Source: Balanoglossus misakiensis (taxonomy: Eukaryota > Animalia > Hemichordata). From it: DNA of 64,000 nt. This document shows positions 51,601 to 64,000 of this stretch, one piece after another (within the stretch, counting starts at the first letter, position 1; the number at the start of each line of letters is the position of its first letter). A program made the position numbers and the translations under genes. The stretch spans positions 2,014,902 to 2,078,901 of the forward strand of contig CM082585.2 in the NCBI GenBank assembly GCA_040954595.2, written 5' to 3'. The notes beneath the pieces were generated by a model. It saw nothing but the letters and a program-made list of their open reading frames with translations. It did no database searches and was not told the DNA's origin.

Positions 51601-54600
51601 GATCGACGGATAGTTGTAAAATTTCATGGTTGCTTCCAAATACAGCCTCGTTTATTTACCGATTTCTGTTGTGATGCGCATAACACATTGATAGGCCTAT
51701 GCGCATAAGAACGTTTCCACTAGACTTTGTAGATCGACGGATAGTTGTACAATGTCCATGGTTGCTTCCAAACAGCCTCGTTTATTTACCGAATTCTGTT
51801 GTGAGGCGCAGAGCACGTAATAGGCCTATGCGCATAAGAAAGTTTTCCACCAGACTCTGTAGATCGACGGATAGTTGTAAAATTTCCATGGTTGCTTCCA
51901 AACAGCCTCGTTTATTTACCGATTTCTGTTGTGATGCGCAGAACACATAGATAGGCATATGTGCATAATAAAGTTTTCCACTAGACTCTGTAGATCGAGA
52001 GATAGTTCTAAAATTTCCATGGTTGCTTCCAAACACAGCCTCGTTTGTTTACAAAATTCTGTTGTGATGCGCAGAACACATATATAGGCCTATGCGCATA
52101 ATAACGTTTTCCACTAGACTCTGTAGATCGACGGATAGTTGTAAAATTTCCATGGTTGCTTCCAAACAGCCTCGTTTATTTACCGAATTCTGTTGTGAGG
52201 CGCAGAACACATAGATAGGCATATGTGCATAAGAAAGTTTTCCACTATAGACTCTGTAGATCGAGAGATAGTTCTAAAATGTCCATGGTTGCTACCAAAC
52301 ACAGCCTCGTTTGTTTACAAAATTCTGTTGTGATGCGCAGAACACATATATAGGCCTATGCGCATAAGAACGTTTCCACTAGACTCTGTAGATCGACGGA
52401 TAGCTGTAAAATTTCCATGGTTGCTTCCAAACAGCCTCGTTTATTTACCGATTTCTGTTGTGAGGCGCAGAACACATGATAGGCCTATGCGCATGAGACA
52501 TTTTTCCACTAGACTCTGTAGATCGACGGATAGCTGTAAAATTTCCATGGTTGCTTCCAAACAGCCTCGTTTATTTACCGATTTCTGTTGTGAGGCGCAG
52601 AACACATGATAGGCCTATGCGCATGAGACATTTTTCCACTAGACTCTGTAGATCGACGGATAGTTGTAAAATTTCATGGTTGCTTCCAAATACAGCCTCG
52701 TTTATTTACCGATTTCTGTTGTGATGCGCATAACACATTGATAGGCCTATGCGCATAAGAACGTTTCCACTAGACTTTGTAGATCGACGGATAGTTCTAC
52801 AATGTCCATGGTTGCTTCCAAACAGCCTCGTTTATTTACCGAATTCTGTTGTGAGGCGCAGAACACGTAATAGGTCTATGCGCATAAGGAAGTTTTCCAC
52901 CAGACTCTGTAGATCGACGGATAGTTGTAAAATTTCATGGTTGCTTCCAAATACAGCCTCGTTTATTTACCGATTTCTGTTGTGATGCGCATAACACATA
53001 GATAGGCCTATGCGCATAAGAACGTTTTCCACTAGACTCTTTAGATCGACGGATAGTTGTACAATTTCCATGGTTGCTTCCAAACAGCCTCGTTTATTTA
53101 CCGATTTCTGTTGTGAGGCGCAGAACACATGATAGGCCTATGCGCATAAGACATTTTTCCACTAGACTCTGTAGATCGACGGATAGTTCTAAAATTTCCA
53201 TGGTTGCTTCCAAACAGCCTCGTTTATTTACCGAATTCTGTTGTGAGGCGCAGAGCACGTAATAGGCCTATGCGCATAAGAAAGTTTTCCACCAGACTCT
53301 GTAGATCGACGGATAGTTGTAAAATTTCCATGGTTGCTTCCAAACAGCCTCGTTTATTTACCGATTTCTGTTGTGAGGCGCAGAACACATGATAGGCCTA
53401 TGCGCATGAGACATTTTTCCACTAGACTCTGTAGATCGACGGATAGCTGTAAAATTTCCATGGTTGCTTCCAAACAGCCTCGTTTATTTACCGATTTCTG
53501 TTGTGAGGCGCAGAACACATGATAGGCCTATGCGCATGAGACATTTTTCCACTAGACTCTGTAGATCGACGGATAGTTGTAAAATTTCATGGTTGCTTCC
53601 AAATACAGCCTCGTTTATTTACCGATTTCTGTTGTGATGCGCATAACACATTGATAGGCCTATGCGCATAAGAACGTTTCCACTAGACTTTGTAGATCGA
53701 CGGATAGTTCTACAATGTCCATGGTTGCTTCCAAACAGCCTCGTTTATTTACCGAATTCTGTTGTGAGGCGCAGAACACGTAATAGGTCTATGCGCATAA
53801 AGAAGTTTTCCACCAGACTCTGTAGATCGACGGATAGTTGTAAAATTTCATGGTTGCTTCCAAATACAGCCTCGTTTATTTACCGATTTCTGTTGTGATG
53901 CGCATAACACATAGATAGGCCTATGCGCATAAGAACGTTTTCCACTAGACTCTTTAGATCGACGGATAGTTGTACAATTTCCATGGTTGCTTCCAAACAG
54001 CCTCGTTTATTTACCGATTTCTGTTGTGAGGCGCAGAACACATGATAGGCCTATGCGCATAAGACATTTTTCCACTAGACTCTGTAGATCGACGGATAGT
54101 TCTAAAATTTCCATGGTTGCTTCCAAACAGCCTCGTTTATTTACCGAATTCTGTTGTGAGGCGCAGAGCACGTAATAGGCCTATGCGCATAAGAAAGTTT
54201 TCCACCAGACTCTGTAGATCGACGGATAGTTGTAAAATTTCCATGGTTGCTTCCAAACAGCCTCGTTTATTTACCGATTTCTGTTGTGATGCGCAGAACA
54301 CATGGATAGGCATATGTGCATAATAAAGTTTTCCACTAGACTCTGTAGATCGAGAGATAGTTCTAAAATTTCCATGGTTGCTTCCAAACACAGCCTCGTT
54401 TGTTTACAAAATTCTGTTGTGATGCGCAGAACACATATATAGGCCTATGCGCATAATAACGTTTTCCACTAGACTCTGTAGATCGACGGATAGTTGTAAA
54501 ATTTCCATGGTTGCTTCCAAACAGCCTCGTTTATTTACCGAATTCTGTTGTGAGGCGCAGAACACATAGATAGGCATATGTGCATAAGAAAGTTTTCCAC

Positions 54601-57077
54601 TATAGACTCTGTAGATCGAGAGATAGTTCTAAAATGTCCATGGTTGCTTCCAAACACAGCCTCGTTTGTTTACAAAATTCTGTTGTGATGCGCAGAACAC
54701 ATATATAGGCCTATGCGCATAATAACGTTTTCCACTAGACTCTGTAGATCGACGGATAGCTGTAAAATTTCCATGGTTGCTTCCAAACAGCCTCGTTTAT
54801 TTACCGAATTCTGTTGTGAGGCGCAGAACACATAGATAGGCATATGTGCATAAGAAAGTTTTCCACTACAGACTCTGTAGATCGAGAGATAGTTCTAAAA
54901 TGTCCATGGTTGCTTCCAAACACAGCCTCGTTTATTTACCGATTTCTGTTGTGATGCGCATAACACATAGATAGGCCTATGCGCATAAGAACGTTTTCCA
55001 CTAGACTCTGTAGATCGACGGATAGCTGTAAAATTTCCATGGTTGCTTCCAAACAGCCTCGTTTATTTACCGATTTCTGTTGTGAGGCGCAGAACACATG
55101 ATAGGCCTATGCGCATGAGACATTTTTCCACTAGACTCTGTAGATCGACGGATAGTTGTAAAATTTCATGGTTGCTTCCAAATACAGCCTCGTTTATTTA
55201 CCGATTTCTGTTGTGATGCGCATAACACATTGATAGGCCTATGCGCATAAGAACGTTTCCACTAGACTTTGTAGATCGACGGATAGTTGTACAATGTCCA
55301 TGGTTGCTTCCAAACAGCCTCGTTTATTTACCGAATTCTGTTGTGAGGCGCAGAGCACGTAATAGGCCTATGCGCATAAGAAAGTTTTCCACCAGACTCT
55401 GTAGATCGACGGATAGTTGTAAAATTTCCATGGTTGCTTCCAAACAGCCTCGTTTATTTACCGATTTCTGTTGTGATGCGCAGAACACATAGATAGGCAT
55501 ATGTGCATAATAAAGTTTTCCACTAGACTCTGTAGATCGAGAGATAGTTCTAAAATTTCCATGGTTGCTTCCAAACACAGCCTCGTTTGTTTACAAAATT
55601 CTGTTGTGATGCGCAGAACACATATATAGGCCTATGCGCATAATAACGTTTTCCACTAGACTCTGTAGATCGACGGATAGTTGTAAAATTTCCATGGTTG
55701 CTTCCAAACAGCCTCGTTTATTTACCGAATTCTGTTGTGAGGCGCAGAACACATAGATAGGCATATGTGCATAATAAAGTTTTCCACTATAGACTCTGTA
55801 GATCGAGAGATAGTTCTAAAATGTCCATGGTTGCTTCCAAACACAGCCTCGTTTGTTTACAAAATTCTGTTGTGATGCGCAGAACACATATATAGGCCTA
55901 TGCGCATAAGAACGTTTCCACTAGACTCTGTAGATCGACGGATAGCTGTAAAATTTCCATGGTTGCTTCCAAACAGCCTCGTTTATTTACCGAATTCTGT
56001 TGTGAGGCGCAGAACACATAGATAGGCATATGTGCATAAGAAAGTTTTCCACTACAGACTCTGTAGATCGAGAGATAGTTCTAAAATGTCCATGGTTGCT
56101 TCCAAACACAGCCTCGTTTATTTACCGATTTCTGTTGTGATGCGCATAACACATAGATAGGCCTATGCGCATAAGAACGTTTTCCACTAGACTCTGTAGA
56201 TCGACGGATAGTTGTACAATTTCCATGGTTGCTTCCAAACAGCATCGTTTATTTACCGAATTCTGTTGTGAGGCGCAGAACACGTAATAGGTCTATGCGC
56301 ATAAGGAAGTTTTCCACCAGACTCTGTAGATCGACGGATAGTTGTAAAATTTCATGGTTGCTTCCAAATACAGCCTCGTTTATTTACCGATTTCTGTTGT
56401 GATGCGCATAACACATAGATAGGCCTATGCGCATAAGAACGTTTTCCACTAGACTCTGTAGATCGACGGATAGTTGTACAATTTCCATGGTTGCTTCCAA
56501 ACAGCCTCGTTTATTTACCGATTTCTGTTGTGAGGCGCAGAACACATGATAGGCCTATGCGCATAAGACATTTTTCCACTAGACTCTGTAGATCGACGGA
56601 TAGTTCTAAAATTTCCATGGTTGCTTCCAAACAGCCTCGTTTATTTACCGAATTCTGTTGTGAGGCGCAGAGCACGTAATAGGCCTATGCGCATAAGAAA
56701 GTTTTCCACCAGACTCCGTAGATCGACGGATAGTTGTAAAATTTCCATGGTTGTTTCCAAACACAGCCTCGTTCATTTACAAAATTCTGTTGTGATGCGC
56801 TGAACACATACATATGCCTATGCGCATAAGAAAGTTTCCACTAGACTCTGTAGATCGACGGATAGTTCTAAAATTTCCATGATTGCTTCCAAACACATCC
56901 TCGATTGTTTACAAAATTCTGTTGTGATGCGCAGAACACATAGATAGGCCTATGCGCATATGAACGTTTTCCACTATACACTGTAGATCGAGAGATAGTT
57001 CTAAAACTTCCATGTTTGCTTCCAAACAGCCTCGTTTATTTGCGGAATTCTGTTTTGAGGCGCAGAACACATAGATA
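18652..57077 (+). repeat. ~131-bp satellite DNA array, left block (~290 monomers)
   Basis: Head-to-tail monomer GCGCAGAACACATAGATAGGCCTATGCGCATAAGAAAGTTTTCCACTAGACTCTGTAGATCGACGGATAGTTCTAAAATTTCCATGGTTGCTTCCAAACAGCCTCGTTTATTTACCGAATTCTGTTGTGAG, with 129-133-bp variants and a single orientation. Confidence 0.99.
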
Positions 57078-58758
57078 CACTGCAAATTCTTCTGGCTTTC
57101 CTGCAAGCTAAATTCAAGCCAAATTCAAACCGGCTTGTTTGTCGCAAATCGGCTTCTTTCGTTTCTTCAAATCTGGCTTGATTTTGGCTTGAATTTAGCT
57201 TGCTGAGTTGCCGTTTTATATAACTTACCGGCTTGCTGATAGACCACAGCAAGTTTAATGAATGGTGTGTTGGCCAACCATAGTACCGAAATATGGTTTG
57301 CTGGCATGCCATTCTATTCAGCAAATGAGCTTGAAGACACACCGATTCATTATCCAGTGGTTTGTCAACAAACCATCACAAATCTAAGGGGTTTGTATAT
57401 AAACCAATGAATATATTATGATGGCTTGCATGTAAGCCACTTTCTAAAACAATGGCTTGCCAACAAACCGTCGAATAATACAAGGGGGTTGTACGTAAAC
57501 CCTTAAAATTTACATTGGCTTGTCTGAAAGCCAACTTCTACTTAAAACTGGTGTGCTAGCAAACCAAACATGAATCACTTCAGTTTGCCAGCAAACCAAA
57601 AATTAGCATTTCCTGGTTTGCTGACAAACTGAGAATGCTTGAGCAGTGGTTTAAAAATCAGCCACTCTGCTTGGGCTTTGGCATGTATACAAACCATTCT
57701 TACACAGAATGCAGTTTGTAAGCAAGCCAAAAATTTGAATTGCATGTTTGGCTTCTGTTTACCTAAAAGCTATAGTTATAAATTTGGGCCATTTTTAGCA
57801 TTTTTGCTCTTTCAAGTGACTGCAGTTTCTTGTTCAACTCACCAAAGCATGATGCAATGCCATTTACTAGATTCTATACACTGCCATAATTGTACAATCA
57901 GCAATTGTCAAAAAACATAATTTTAGTCCAGACCTGAACTCATTTGCAAAGGCCAAAGTTGAGATCCTGAACCTGGGCAGTTAATCATGCTTTAAGGAGT
58001 ACAACAGAAATAAGGAGTCGATACACTGAACAAAAATACATAAAAAATAGCCCAAAGTTAGTTACTATGCCCTTAAATAACTTGGTCTTGAAGCATAACA
58101 TGTGTCATAATGTGCAGCATCTTAGTACTCCACAGTCAATGGTATGTTAACCTGTCAAAAAAGCACACCGAGAAAGATCTTTTTTGGTCAATCATTATTA
58201 TTGTAATGACAATGTAAGAAAAAAGGAACAACGGTAAATACATGGTATTATGTAAATCAAATGAATTAACCCCATAAATGATAGAAAATATATACAATAA
58301 AACTTTTATCTCATTTTCCGTTCAAGTGGTTAGGGAAAATCATTTCAATCCATCAAAAATGCCTCACTTTTTGAATCTACTGTTTGTCAAAACTGACATG
58401 AATACAGATTTCAAAGTCACCATTAAGTGTGGAAAAGTACTTTTAAATCCTCCTTTATATGCATTTGAGTATTGGAGTCATGGCAGTAGCCTTGAGTATC
58501 TTCTTCCTTACTATGAAACTTCGTCTTCTTTCAATGGGAAACACTCTCAAATAGTGAAAAACAAAAAGAGAAAACAATCTTGTTAGAAATTAACATGAGT
58601 GTATTTTAGAAACAATTTCCAGCATGAAAACAACACATAACACATATGTACACAAGAAAATATGACAATGACTCGTATGAGACATACTCAACAAAAGAAG
58701 ATAGTGTCTCTCTATTTATCAATGGGGAATGACTATGAGACTGACACACATACCACAA

Positions 58759-59503
58759 AACACTACGATATGGTGCCATCCTAATGTTATAGGCAGCAAC
58801 CATATGAGAACATGAGACTGACCGATACAACACTACGATATGGTGCCATCCTAATGTTATAGGCAGCAACCATATGAGAACATGAGACTGACCGATACAA
58901 CACTACGATATGGTGCCATCCTAATGTTATAGGCAGCAACCATATGAGAACATGAGACTGACCGATACAACACTACGATATGGTGCCATCCTACTGTTAT
59001 AGGCAGCAACCATATGAGAACATGAGACTGACCGATACAACACTACGATATGGTGCCATCCTAATGTTATAGGCAGCAACCATATGAGAACATGAGACTG
59101 ACCGATACAACACTACGATATGGTGCCATCCTAATGTTATAGGCAGCAACCATATGAGAACATGAGACTGACCGATACAACACTACGATATGGTGCCATC
59201 CTAATGTTATAGGCAGCAACCATATGAGAACATGAGACTGACCGATACAACACTACGATATGGTGCCATCCTAATGTTATAGGCAGCAACCATATGAGAA
59301 CATGAGACTGACCGATACAACACTACGATATGGTGCCATCCTAATGTTATAGGCAGCAACCATATGAGAACATGAGACTGACCGATACAACACTACGATG
59401 TGGTGCCATCCTACTGTTATAGGCAGCAACCATATGAGAACATGAGACTGACCGATACAACACTACGATATGGTGCCATCCTAATGTTATAGGCAGCAAC
59501 CAT
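58759..59503 (+). repeat. 70-bp minisatellite, ~10.6 near-identical copies, inside the transposon
   Basis: CACTACGATATGGTGCCATCCTAATGTTATAGGCAGCAACCATATGAGAACATGAGACTGACCGATACAA at 58761, 58831 ... 59461. Confidence 0.98.
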
Positions 59504-59980
59504 GAAACACTAACATAACCATGAGATACACAGCATGTAACAAACAAGATGAAATTGATTCAATGAGCAATGCATGAAATTTCGCACCTAGAGTTTAGTG
59601 AATTGTTTCCTTTGACTATAACTGAATACATGTTACATACATGAAAGCTGGACTATATTAATAAATACAGATAGGCATGTTCCTTTAAAACTCGTTTTTA
59701 GGCATAAATAGTAAAATCTCTTCCCAAATGCAATACTGAAATTATAACCACATGGTTGGTATTTTATAATGAAGTCCCTACAAACTAAACTGTAAAGAAA
59801 ACAGATGACTAGATGACAAAAATGGATATTAAAAAAATAACAAAATCTACTTAATTATACATACCGTGTATGCTTCGACATAAATGCTACTTGTTGACTT
59901 TTTCATATTTTTGTGGTGCCTAATAAAATAAAAACTGCTCCTTCCCATAACCAGTATCACCACTCCTGCAAAACCAAGAT

Positions 59981-60400
59981 CATTTATTTCATTCTTATGC
60001 AAATATCTGGGGTTCAATTAAAGTAGGAATCATTATTGTTACAAATCGCAGGCATGCAGGGGTTAAATAATCCTGTGGTCCGAGATCATGGTTTATCAAA
60101 AAAAAATATTCAGCCAATGATTTAAATCATTATTGTTACAAATCGCAGGCATGCAGGGGTTAAATAATCCTGTGGTCCGAGATCATGGTTTATCAAAAAA
60201 AAATTAATCAGCCAATGATTTAAATATTATGGGTATCCATTATTTCATTCTTATGCAAATATCTGGGGTTCAATTAAAGTAGGAATCATTATTGTTACAA
60301 ATCGCAGGCATGCAGGGGTTAAATAATCCTGTGGTCCGAGATCACGGTTTATCAAAAAAAAATTATTCAGCCAATGATTTAAATATTATGGGTATCCATT
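59981..60400 (+). repeat. Three tandem copies of a ~97-bp core (two with a longer unit)
   Basis: CATTATTGTTACAAATCGCAGGCATGCAGGGGTTAAATAATCCTGTGGTCCGAGATC at ~60031, 60128 and 60287. Confidence 0.95.
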
Positions 60401-60519
60401 GATATAGTATTGGAACACAAAACAACATTTTATTGCGGTTACCCCCCCCCCCCCCCCAATGTTGACTTCCGCTGCCACTAGCCCCACTCGAAGCTTCATA
60501 TATTTGAAATATCTCTCGA

Positions 60520-61010
60520 TCTACAAATGATCAATACAGTATAGATATTATTACATATTTTGAATTATCTTGACTAGTAAAAGTGCATAAACAAACATGA
60601 ATGGGGATGTAGGCTGCCAATAGCAAGCATGGTGAAATTCCTAGGCTATGGCGCTATAGGGCCCCACTCCGGAGCTGCATTAAAAAAATTCTTTTGATTT
60701 GCTCAGACTTTTTTGTAACCATCCACACATGATCAATGCAGTATATAAAGGATTCAGGCCTTTTAATAGTGACATACTTTGCATCGTCTTCGCTCACAAA
60801 AATGCATAAACAAAAATGAACGGGGATGGAGGCTGAAAATAGCAAGAATAATGAAATTCCTTTGGGGCCCCACTCCCTACTTTATGCTGTCAAACTTTTG
60901 ACATTACTTCTTCTCACATGCTTTTCAGCTATCATCAACACATGATCAAGTCAGTATATACAGGATTCGGGCCTGTTAATTTTGTATTATCTTCACTGCT
61001 CGCAAAAATG
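60520..61010 (+). repeat. Diverged ~220-bp tandem duplication
   Basis: TGCATAAACAAA.ATGAA.GGGGATG.AGGCTG..AATAGCAAG at ~60584 and ~60803; ACACATGATCAA...AGTATATA.AGGATTC.GGCCT at ~60725 and ~60938. Confidence 0.75.
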
Positions 61011-61770
61011 TAGTTACTGTCACAAAATGGAATGGAAGCAGGACTTACCCCAACCGGCATTGTTCTATGTTACGGTCTCGTAGATGCTGGCGGTCAACTG
61101 CTAAGTCATTAGATGTCATCCTTCCATAACGATGCTCGGTGCCAAAGTAATTATCCACGCATATGGTATTTCGGTTCTACCTTAGGAACAGGTTGAGTGC
61201 ATTGTAAATCGCTGAACGATTTTTATAAAGGGAACGACGTGGTTCGATCGGCTTCCTCACGCGTGGACCGTCTTCTCTCGCGTCAAAACGTTGTAGTTGT
61301 GTAATAAATAACCTTTGACCCTGCATTCGCGCGCCAAATCAGGGTATTTCGCAAGACATTGTGCCCAGCGTGGCGTGTATATGAACCACATCCCGGCAAA
61401 GTTTTCCATGGCGTGTTTTCAAACCATACTTACATCTTTTTATGGTTTGAAAAGCGAACACTAACTCCAACGGCTTAAAATGCAGCCAAGGTTAAATATG
61501 GTACAAATTCGAGCCAGACATAAGTATCACTAAAGTTTGCGAGCAAACCAGAGATTTTGTTCAATGGCTTAATAATAAGCCATTCCAGACAGGTTGTCCA
61601 GCGGCGTATTTACAAACCATTTTTCTAACATTGACTGGCTTGCTGGCACACACCAGACAATTTAGCGGCTTGTGGAAATACCGAAGTTTCGGCAAGTATG
61701 ACGAGATGGCTTGTCAGCAAACCCGAATGGCTTGAGTACAAACCGGCTTGTTTTTGCAGAATTTGCAGTG

Positions 61771-64000
61771 TAGGCATATGTGAATAAGAAAGTTTTCCAC
61801 TATAGACTCTGTAGATCGAGAGATAGTTGTAAAATTTCCATGGTTGCTTCCAAACAGCCTCGTTTATTTACCGATTTCTGTTGTGAGGCGCAGAACACAT
61901 AGATAGGCCTATGCGCATAAAAAACTTTTCAACTTTAGATCAACGGATAGTTCAAAAATTTCCATGGTTGTTTCCAAACAGCCTCGTTTATTTACCGAAT
62001 TCTGTTGTGATGCGTAGAACACATACATATGCCTATGCGCATAAGAAAGTTTTCCACCAGACTCTGTAGATCGACGGATAGTTGTAAAATTTCCATGGTT
62101 GCTTCCAAACAGCCTCGTTTATTTACCGATTTCTGTTGTGATGCGCAGAACACATAGATAGGCATATGTGCATAATAAAGTTTTCCACTAGACTCTGTAG
62201 ATCGAGAGATAGTTCTAAAATTTCCATGGTTGCTTCCAAACACAGCCTCGTTTGTTTACAAAATTCTGTTGTGATGCGCAGAACACATATATAGGCCTAT
62301 GCGCATAATAACGTTTTCCACTAGACTCTGTAGATCGACGGATAGTTGTAAAATTTCCATGGTTGCTTCCAAACAGCCTCGTTTATTTACCGAATTCTGT
62401 TGTGAGGCGCAGAACACATAGATAGGCATATGTGCATAAGAAAGTTTTCCACTATAGACTCTGTAGATCGAGAGATAGTTCTAAAATGTCCATGGTTGCT
62501 TCCAAACACAGCCTCGTTTGTTTACAAAATTCTGTTGTGATGCGCAGAACACATATATAGGCCTATGCGCATAAGAACGTTTCCACTAGACTCTGTAGAT
62601 CGACGGATAGCTGTAAAATTTCCATGGTTGCTTTTAAACAGCCTCGTTTATTTACCGATTTCTGTTGTGAGGCGCAGAACACATAGATAGGCATATGTGC
62701 ATAAGAAAGTTTTCCACTATAGACTCTGTAGATAGTTCTAAAATGTCCATGGTTGCTTCCAAACACAGCCTCGTTTATTTACCGATTTCTGTTGAGATGC
62801 GCATAACACATAGATAGGCCTATGCGCATAAGAACGTTTTCCACTAGACTCTGTAGATCGACGGATAGTTGTACAATTTCCATGGTTGCTTCCAAACAGC
62901 ATCGTTTATTTACGGAATTCTGTTGTGAGGCGCAGAACACGTAATAGGTCTATGCGCATAAGGAAGTTTTCCACCAGACTCTGTAGATCGACGGATAGTT
63001 GTTAAATTTCATGGTTGCTTCAAAATACAGCCTCGTTTATTTACCGATTTCTGTTGTGATGCGCATAACACATAGATAGGCCTATGCGCATAAGAACGTT
63101 TTCCACTAGACTCTGTAGATCGACGGATAGTTGTACAATTTCCATGGTTGCTTCCAAACAGCCTCGTTTATTTACCGATTTCTGTTGTGAGGCGCAGAAC
63201 ACATGACAGGCCTATGCGCATAAGACATTTTTCCACTAGACTCTGTAGATCGACGGATAGTTCTAAAATGTCCATGGTTGCTTCCAAACAGCCTCGTTTA
63301 TTTACCGAATTCTGTTGTGAGGCGCAGAGCACGTAATAGGCCTATGCGCATAAGAAAGTTTTCCACCAGACTCCGTAGATCGACGGATAGTTGTAAAATT
63401 TCCATGGTTGTTTCCAAACACAGCCTCGTTCATTTACAAAATTCTGTTGTGATGCGCTGAACACATACATATGCCTATGCGCATAAGAAAGTTTCCCACT
63501 AGACTCTGTAGATCGACGGATAGTTCTAAAATTTCCATGATTGCTTCCAAACACATCCTCGATTGTTTACAAAATTCTGTTGTGATGCGCAGAACACATA
63601 TATAGGCCTATGCGCATATGAACGTTTTCCACTATACTCCGTAGATCGACGGATAGTTCTAAAATTTCCATTGTTGCTTCCAAACAGCCTCGTTTATTTA
63701 CCGAATTCTGTTGTGAGGCGCAGAACACGTAATAGGCCTATGCGCATAAGAAACTTTTCAACTTTAGATCGAGAGATAGTTCTAAAATTTCCATGGTTGT
63801 TTCCAAACACAGCCTCGTTCATTTACAAAATTCTGTTGTGATGCGCTGAACACATACATATGCCTATGCGCATAAGAAAGTTTCCCACTAGACTCTGTAG
63901 ATCGACGGATAGTTCTAAAATTTCCATGATTGCTTCCAAACACATCCTCGATTGATTACAAAATTCTGTTGTGATGCGCAGAACACATAGATAGGCCTAT
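61771..64000 (+). repeat. ~131-bp satellite DNA array, right block (~17 monomers, runs off the window)
   Basis: Same monomer and orientation as 18652-57077. Confidence 0.99.

Larger units (their letters stand above)
57078..61770. mobile_element. 4693-bp non-autonomous EnSpm/CACTA(CMC)-like DNA transposon inserted in the satellite
   Basis: Perfect 13-bp TIR CACTGCAAATTCT / AGAATTTGCAGTG; TA duplicated (57076-57077, 61771-61772); dense subterminal GGCTTG/CAAGCC/AAACC repeats at both ends; the satellite resumes exactly in register; no transposase ORF. Confidence 0.92.

Noticed and set aside
58759-59503. Hammerhead ribozyme in the 70-bp repeat (CTGACCGA) or in the 131-bp monomer
   Set aside because: Neither shows a CUGANGA plus GAAA core with the required flanking stems.
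18559-63841. Dozens of 60-127 aa ORFs (MLPNSLVYLP..., MRIRTFPLDS...)
   Set aside because: They are translations of the 131-bp satellite; the monomer length is not a constant multiple of 3, frames shift and stop, and there is no protein motif.
18652-64000. CRISPR-like or repeat-spacer array
   Set aside because: The whole unit is repeated with only point and small indel variants; there are no unique spacers or cas genes, and the context is eukaryotic.

Overview
Eukaryotic (animal) DNA, AT-rich, with spliceosomal GT-AG exons; the TE repertoire suggests a marine invertebrate. The window has two parts. (1) 1-18.6 kb is a dense mosaic of decayed genes and nested mobile elements. It holds a disrupted Academ-like DDE transposase gene (minus strand) with an OTU protease-like domain between its catalytic motifs; that gene is interrupted by a 5'-truncated Tx1/L1-type LINE (14-bp TSD) and a TTAA MITE. 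It also holds a spliced minus-strand pseudogene in which MED25 VWA-like and Q/P/S-rich exons are followed by calcium-binding EGF exons, a spliced BEN-domain gene fragment inside an EnSpm-like end nested in a Harbinger-like element, and many MITEs, a solo LTR, a SINE and an L2 fragment. (2) 18.65-64 kb is a ~131-bp satellite array (~310 monomers) with variable higher-order structure, interrupted at 57078-61770 by a 4.7-kb non-autonomous CACTG-ended DNA transposon with a TA duplication. I found no intact protein-coding gene, and the many short ORFs in the satellite are artefacts. All family assignments come from motif recognition by eye, not database searches.
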